DNA of 64,000 nucleotides, from contig JAHFKN010000002.1 in the NCBI GenBank assembly GCA_023245355.1, forward strand, positions 72,460 to 136,459, written 5' to 3'. This document shows, in pieces, positions 59,720 to 64,000 of this stretch (position 1 is its first letter; every line of letters begins with the position of its first letter). Origin of the DNA: Candidatus Gottesmanbacteria bacterium. Lineage in GTDB: Bacteria; Patescibacteriota; Microgenomatia; UBA10105; UBA927. Under the pieces are notes generated by a model that was not told the DNA's origin, ran no database searches, and was given only the letters and a program-made list of their open reading frames with translations. The position numbers and the translations under genes are program-made.

Positions 59720-60694
59720 ATGAATATGAACGTCACTGTATCAGCTCCAGGAAAACTCATGGTATTTGGAGAACATGCCGTCGTGTATAATCGCCCGTGT
59801 TTGGTGACGGCGGTTGATCAGCGTATGCGTGCAAGGGTTGAGCTTACGGATGATAAGGTATTTTTCCTCGATGCTCCAGAGGTCAAGATATCTGGGTATG
59901 CACGACCAATAAGAGAAGTAGGAATGGGTGAAATACCCAAAGGCGCGAAGTTTGTGGAGATCGCGGTTAAGAATTTTATAGAAAACTATCCATCCTCCTC
60001 GGGTATAAAAGTAACCACTGCATCAGATTTTTCTTCTCAATTCGGGTTTGGCTCATCGTCTGCCTCTACCGTTTGTGTGCTTAGAGCGTTGTCGGAATTA
60101 ACGGGTAAAAAGTTAGATAATAAACAGCTGTTTGATTTGGCATATAAAACCGTTCTTGATGTGCAGGGAAAAGGATCGGGATTCGATGTGGCTGCAGCAC
60201 TTTATGGCGGGACGTTGTATTTTGTCGCTGGTGGAAAAACGATTACGCCTGTAAAACTTCGTGATATTCCTCTTGTCGTTGGATACACAGGTGTCAAAGC
60301 AGATACTGTTACGCTTATGCGTGAAGTTGGAGAAAAGATGAAGGCACAGCCGGAGCGTATCGATAGAATTTATGATGCGATCGTAAAGCTTGTCGAAGAC
60401 GCCCGAATAAAGATGATTGAAGGTGATTGGGAGAGGGTGGGAAAGCTTATGGATTTTAATCAGGAATACCTTCGTGATTTGGGGGTAAGTTCAGAAAAAC
60501 TAGAATCACTTATTTCATCTGCAAAAGGAGCAGGCGCGTGGGGGGCAAAGCTGTCGGGTGCCGGAGGAGGGGATTGTATGATTGCATTAGCGCCAGAAGA
60601 CAAGAAAAAAGCAATAGAGTCTGCCATAGAAATCGCAGGTGGACAAGTTATTCACATTTTACCCCACGCACAGGGAGCGAGGTTGGAACTATGA
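59720..60694 (+). CDS. second MVK-like GHMP kinase (putative phosphomevalonate kinase)
   Basis: It has APGKLMVFGEHAVVYNRP and the GHMP motif GFGSSSAS. Confidence 0.6.
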   Translation: MNMNVTVSAPGKLMVFGEHAVVYNRPCLVTAVDQRMRARVELTDDKVFFLDAPEVKISGYARPIREVGMGEIPKGAKFVEIAVKNFIENYPSSSGIKVTTASDFSSQFGFGSSSASTVCVLRALSELTGKKLDNKQLFDLAYKTVLDVQGKGSGFDVAAALYGGTLYFVAGGKTITPVKLRDIPLVVGYTGVKADTVTLMREVGEKMKAQPERIDRIYDAIVKLVEDARIKMIEGDWERVGKLMDFNQEYLRDLGVSSEKLESLISSAKGAGAWGAKLSGAGGGDCMIALAPEDKKKAIESAIEIAGGQVIHILPHAQGARLEL

Positions 60695-61668
60695 AAGCTA
60701 CCGCAAAAGCGCCGGCAAATATCGCATTTATCAAATATTGGGGCAAAGCCGATGACACGCTCCGGTTGCCGCTTAACGATTCGATTTCCATGAATATGTC
60801 GGGAGCCTACACCATTACGACTGTCGAGTTTTCGAAGCAGTTCAAAAAAGATTCCGTAACGCTTGTAGGAGGCGAATTTTCCGAGGAGGAAACAGCACGT
60901 GTTATCAAGGGATTAGACCTGATCCGGAAACGGGCGGGAAGCACACAAAAAGCAACTGTCGTCACGAAAAATACATTTCCCAAAGGGGCGGGGTCGGCAG
61001 CGTCTGCCTCCGGATTTGCCGCACTTACCGTGGCGGGATTTGCTGCACTTGGGGTGACCTTGTCGGAAAAGGAGCTGACTATTTTTGCCCGCATGGGGAG
61101 CGGGTCTGCATGCCGGAGTATTCCCGACGGATTTGTGGTTTGGGAAAAAGGGGATAGCAGTAAAACGTCGTTTGCCTGGTCTTTATACCCGCCTACTCAT
61201 TGGGATATCCGGGATATTCTGGTTATTGTGGACAGCCGTATGAAAAAAGTTTCAACGACCGAGGGCATGGAAACGGTTGCGACCAGTCCGCGCCTTGCGG
61301 TGCGTCTGAGAGCAATTCCCCGGCGCATGAAAGAAATACAGCAGGCGATAGCTACGAAAAATTTTTCCCGGTTCGGTGAAATTACTGAGGAGGATTGTCT
61401 TGGCATGCATATGGTGATGCAGACGCAAACCCCGCCGTTATTTTATTGGAACAGTACGACACAAACTATTATGGAAGCAGTCAGGGATTGGAGAAAGCAC
61501 GGGTTACCGGTATACTTTACGATTGACGCGGGTCCCAACGTGCATCTTTTGTGTGAAGGAATAGATGAGGAACGGGTTCTTGCGGCGGTAAAAACAATCG
61601 GAGGCGTAGAAGCAACTATCGTGAATAAGCCGGCCATAGGAACAAGGATAATTTCGGAGCATTTATGA
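60691..61668 (+). CDS. diphospho-/phosphomevalonate decarboxylase family (MVD/PMD)
   Basis: It has APANIAFIKYWGK and GAGSAASASG. There is an ATGA overlap with the upstream kinase gene. Confidence 0.8.
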   Translation: MKATAKAPANIAFIKYWGKADDTLRLPLNDSISMNMSGAYTITTVEFSKQFKKDSVTLVGGEFSEEETARVIKGLDLIRKRAGSTQKATVVTKNTFPKGAGSAASASGFAALTVAGFAALGVTLSEKELTIFARMGSGSACRSIPDGFVVWEKGDSSKTSFAWSLYPPTHWDIRDILVIVDSRMKKVSTTEGMETVATSPRLAVRLRAIPRRMKEIQQAIATKNFSRFGEITEEDCLGMHMVMQTQTPPLFYWNSTTQTIMEAVRDWRKHGLPVYFTIDAGPNVHLLCEGIDEERVLAAVKTIGGVEATIVNKPAIGTRIISEHL

Positions 61669-62342
61669 AACATATTCCGCAGCATATAGCCATCATTATG
61701 GACGGGAACCGCAGATGGGCACGCAAACTCGGGTTACCGGTCCTTTCCGGGCACCAGAAGGTCGCAGATGAGGTGCTGGAACCGTTAGTGGAACATGCGG
61801 CCAAACGCGGCGTCCGGTTCATTACATTTTGGGCATTTTCTACCGAAAACTGGCAGCGTGAGAAAAGCGAGGTGGAGGGAATCATGCGTATTTTCCGTCA
61901 TGTTATCGGTAAACGTTGGCAGCGGCTGCACGAGAAGGGGGTGCGGGTGCGCGTGATCGGTGATATTTCCAAATTTGCACCGGACATCCGTGATTCTTTA
62001 AAAAAAGTGATCGAGCAGACGAAAGACAACCGGAAAATTACGGCGATTTTTGCCTTGAATTACGGCGGGCGCGACGAGATAGTGCGTGCGGTACGTAAGC
62101 TGGACAGAACAAAGACAGTAGAGGAACCGGATCTTTCCGCGGTGTTGGATACGGCCGGTATACCCGATCCGGAATTGATTATCCGTACGGGGGGCGAGCA
62201 GCGGTTAAGCGGTTTTCTGTTGTGGCAAAGCGAGTACAGCGAACTGTATTTTCCGTCTTTTTATATGCCGGAATTTACCCCTGAAAAACTGGATGAAGCG
62301 ATAGAAGAATACGCGTCCCGACAGCGGAGATTCGGGAAGTAA
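61665..62342 (+). CDS. uppS: undecaprenyl-diphosphate synthase (isoprenyl transferase)
   Basis: IAIIMDGNRRWA and RTGGEQRLSGFLLWQ are present. Confidence 0.85.
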   Translation: MKHIPQHIAIIMDGNRRWARKLGLPVLSGHQKVADEVLEPLVEHAAKRGVRFITFWAFSTENWQREKSEVEGIMRIFRHVIGKRWQRLHEKGVRVRVIGDISKFAPDIRDSLKKVIEQTKDNRKITAIFALNYGGRDEIVRAVRKLDRTKTVEEPDLSAVLDTAGIPDPELIIRTGGEQRLSGFLLWQSEYSELYFPSFYMPEFTPEKLDEAIEEYASRQRRFGK

Positions 62343-62354
62343 CGGATACGAGGC

Positions 62355-62705
62355 TTACTGGCCGAAAATCTGGAAGATGCTTTGCCAGCCCAAAATTGTT
62401 CCTATAATCTGAACAATCCAGAATGCGCCGAATACCAGCATAAATCCGATAATGGCGTTGGTAAGCGCTCCTTTTCCCGCGGCAAGTTTTTTGGCGTCTC
62501 CGGCTGAGAGCATGACCGTAAATCCGCTGCTGATGATCATCAGAAGCAGTCCGATTCCTGCAGCGGCAAAAATATATGAAAGGGATTGCCCCACAATGGT
62601 GCCGATGGAGTCGCTGCCGAATTTGAAGTCTGTCGGACCCTCGATTTTGATTCCCGATCCGCCGTTTCCCTCGATATTGATGATTTGGGCAAGGAGTTTA
62701 TGCAT
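62355..62705 (-). CDS. VirB2/TrbC-like T4SS pilin (paralog 7)
   Basis: It has ISSGFTVMLSAGDAKKLAAGKGALTNAIIGFMLVFG and the N-terminus MHKLLAQIIN, like paralogs 3 and 4. Confidence 0.55.
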   Translation of the reverse strand: MHKLLAQIINIEGNGGSGIKIEGPTDFKFGSDSIGTIVGQSLSYIFAAAGIGLLLMIISSGFTVMLSAGDAKKLAAGKGALTNAIIGFMLVFGAFWIVQIIGTILGWQSIFQIFGQ

Positions 62706-62707
62706 AA

Positions 62708-63172
62708 CTAGCCACTGGAAAATCCCGGTAACTGTAATATATCCACTCCGACGAGGCGAAGCAAGAATATGGAGAAAATAATCAGCAATAGCCCTGAGAT
62801 TGCAGCCGTCATGAGATCCTTGGCTTCATGGAGTTTTTCCGGGTTTCCGGCGCTTGTAATGCGTTGAAATCCGGAAACAAGGATAAGCAGGAACGCGACC
62901 CCTCCGCCTAATCCGGTTCCGAGCCTGATAAATGATGCGATAAAGTCGCTTGGTGTTTCTCCTCCGAAACAGCCGAGCGCCGTCCACGCGCCGCCTCCGT
63001 CAAAACAGGATTTGCATGCGCCGTTTTGCGTCGTAACCGATTTGCACGCTGCTTCTCCTACGGATTGATCGACGACCGCGTCGGCGTATACCACGCTTCC
63101 CGCAAGCGGAAATGCCGGGATGGCAAGGAGGGTTGCGAAAAACAAAGATAGCGACAGAACAGCCCGTTTCAT
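62708..63172 (-). CDS. pilin-like protein with signal peptide and Cys-rich insert (paralog 8)
   Basis: It has VSGFQRITSAGNPEKLHEAKDLMTAAISGLLLII. A signal peptide is followed by an extra Cys-rich 60-aa segment. Confidence 0.45.
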   Translation of the reverse strand: MKRAVLSLSLFFATLLAIPAFPLAGSVVYADAVVDQSVGEAACKSVTTQNGACKSCFDGGGAWTALGCFGGETPSDFIASFIRLGTGLGGGVAFLLILVSGFQRITSAGNPEKLHEAKDLMTAAISGLLLIIFSIFLLRLVGVDILQLPGFSSG

Positions 63173-63252
63173 GCCTTTACAGTGTAGCAAATCCGGCAAA
63201 ATAAGAAAAGCAGGCTGGTTGTCTCTGCCGGTCTGGTACAATGGTAGAACTC

Positions 63253-64000
63253 ATGAAGTTTTCCCGATTTTTTATTATTTTTTTGCTGGTTGTTGTGGGG
63301 ATATCCTCTCCTGTACGGATATATGCGGAATCTTGCGATTCAAATTGTGCAAATACGGATGATCAATGCTTCGCCCGTAAACTTATAGAGTGCAATAAGG
63401 ATCTTAAAATGATTCAGGATGCGAAACAGCCGCATGTTGCGACGTTGAAAAAATTGGAAGCAAATATAGCCGCATTTACCGCCCAGCTTGAAATGATAGC
63501 CGTAGATCTTCTAAAAAAGTCAAAAGCGATTAAAGAAGAAGAAAAGCAGATGCAGGACATAACCATTCTTGCTGACAGAAAAATTGTCATGCTCTATAAA
63601 AGATCATTAACGTACAATCCTTTGTTGCCGTTTTTGACTTCGGTAAATGTCGGGAGTGTTATACGGTCATTTGCATACCAACAGCAACTTATTGATAGGG
63701 ACAAACAATCGATCGTGCAGGCAGCGATTTTTATCCAGGATTTACAAAAAAGGAAGAAGGAGCTTGAATCAAAACAAGCAAATATCGCCTCTCTCAATTC
63801 AGAATTGGATATCCGGGCAGCGTCGGTAAGAAAATTAGTTGAGGAAGCAACGGCATACGAGAACAAATTGACTAACGTCATCGCAACCCTTTCCGCCGCG
63901 CAACAGGCATTTTTGGCAAATAAACTTTCGGGATTGGGAATTCCGCTTTACGCATTAAGCGGCGGGGGTTGTTCGAGCGATCTTACCAACGGTAAGAATC
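63253..64000 (+). CDS. secreted coiled-coil protein (EnvC/murein-hydrolase-activator-like N-terminus), 3' end is outside the window
   Basis: The frame is open from the ATG at 63253 to the window edge. A signal peptide is followed by heptad-rich sequence. It is absent from the ORF track because no stop lies in the window. Confidence 0.4.
   Translation, partial: MKFSRFFIIFLLVVVGISSPVRIYAESCDSNCANTDDQCFARKLIECNKDLKMIQDAKQPHVATLKKLEANIAAFTAQLEMIAVDLLKKSKAIKEEEKQMQDITILADRKIVMLYKRSLTYNPLLPFLTSVNVGSVIRSFAYQQQLIDRDKQSIVQAAIFIQDLQKRKKELESKQANIASLNSELDIRAASVRKLVEEATAYENKLTNVIATLSAAQQAFLANKLSGLGIPLYALSGGGCSSDLTNGKN

Noticed and set aside
63225-63252. tRNA-like D-loop string GGTACAATGGTAGAAC
   Set aside because: There is no acceptor stem or anticodon arm pairing, and the length is insufficient. 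It is likely coincidental.
1-64000. CRISPR arrays, rRNA, transposases/integrases
   Set aside because: No regularly spaced direct repeats, rRNA-like conserved blocks or DDE/tyrosine-recombinase motifs were found in any frame.

Overview
This 64-kb window appears to be bacterial chromosome around the replication origin, with dnaA and dnaN at 32.5-35.2 kb and clusters of DnaA boxes on both sides of dnaA. Bases 1-32,400 form a large glycan-biosynthesis island. It holds two Wzm/Wzt-type ABC exporters, about ten glycosyltransferases (GT2, GT4, GT26), a Gfo/Idh/MocA dehydrogenase plus DegT aminotransferase pair, a carbamoyltransferase, methyltransferases and O-antigen-ligase-like proteins. Embedded in that island is a 7-kb minus-strand operon (11222 to 4155) that resembles a RiPP-like peptide-modification cassette. 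It encodes a PF14907-type nucleotidyltransferase, an S26 peptidase, a PqqD-like RiPP recognition element, an HPr-kinase-like protein, GT2 and GT4 glycosyltransferases and a WbqC-like protein. A convergent sulfotransferase sits next to it. An unannotated 32-aa ORF with a near-perfect Shine-Dalgarno sequence and a C-terminal Ser lies immediately downstream of the PqqD gene, and I consider it the most promising novel system in the window. Downstream of dnaN is a Gram-positive/CPR-style type IV secretion locus (VirB4, PrgI-like, M23 hydrolase, VirD4-like coupling protein, VirB6-like). It carries a remarkable family of eight VirB2/TrbC-like pilin paralogs, six of them in tandem, next to a divergent ECF sigma/anti-sigma pair. 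Next comes an archaeal-type mevalonate operon (HMG-CoA reductase, HMG-CoA synthase-thiolase-DUF35 triad, two MVK-like GHMP kinases, a decarboxylase) followed by uppS. No rRNA, tRNA, CRISPR or obvious transposase was seen. Many long ORFs in the six-frame track carry spurious 5' extensions, some of them TTG-initiated, and I trimmed these using ATGA overlaps, RBS motifs and homolog N-termini.
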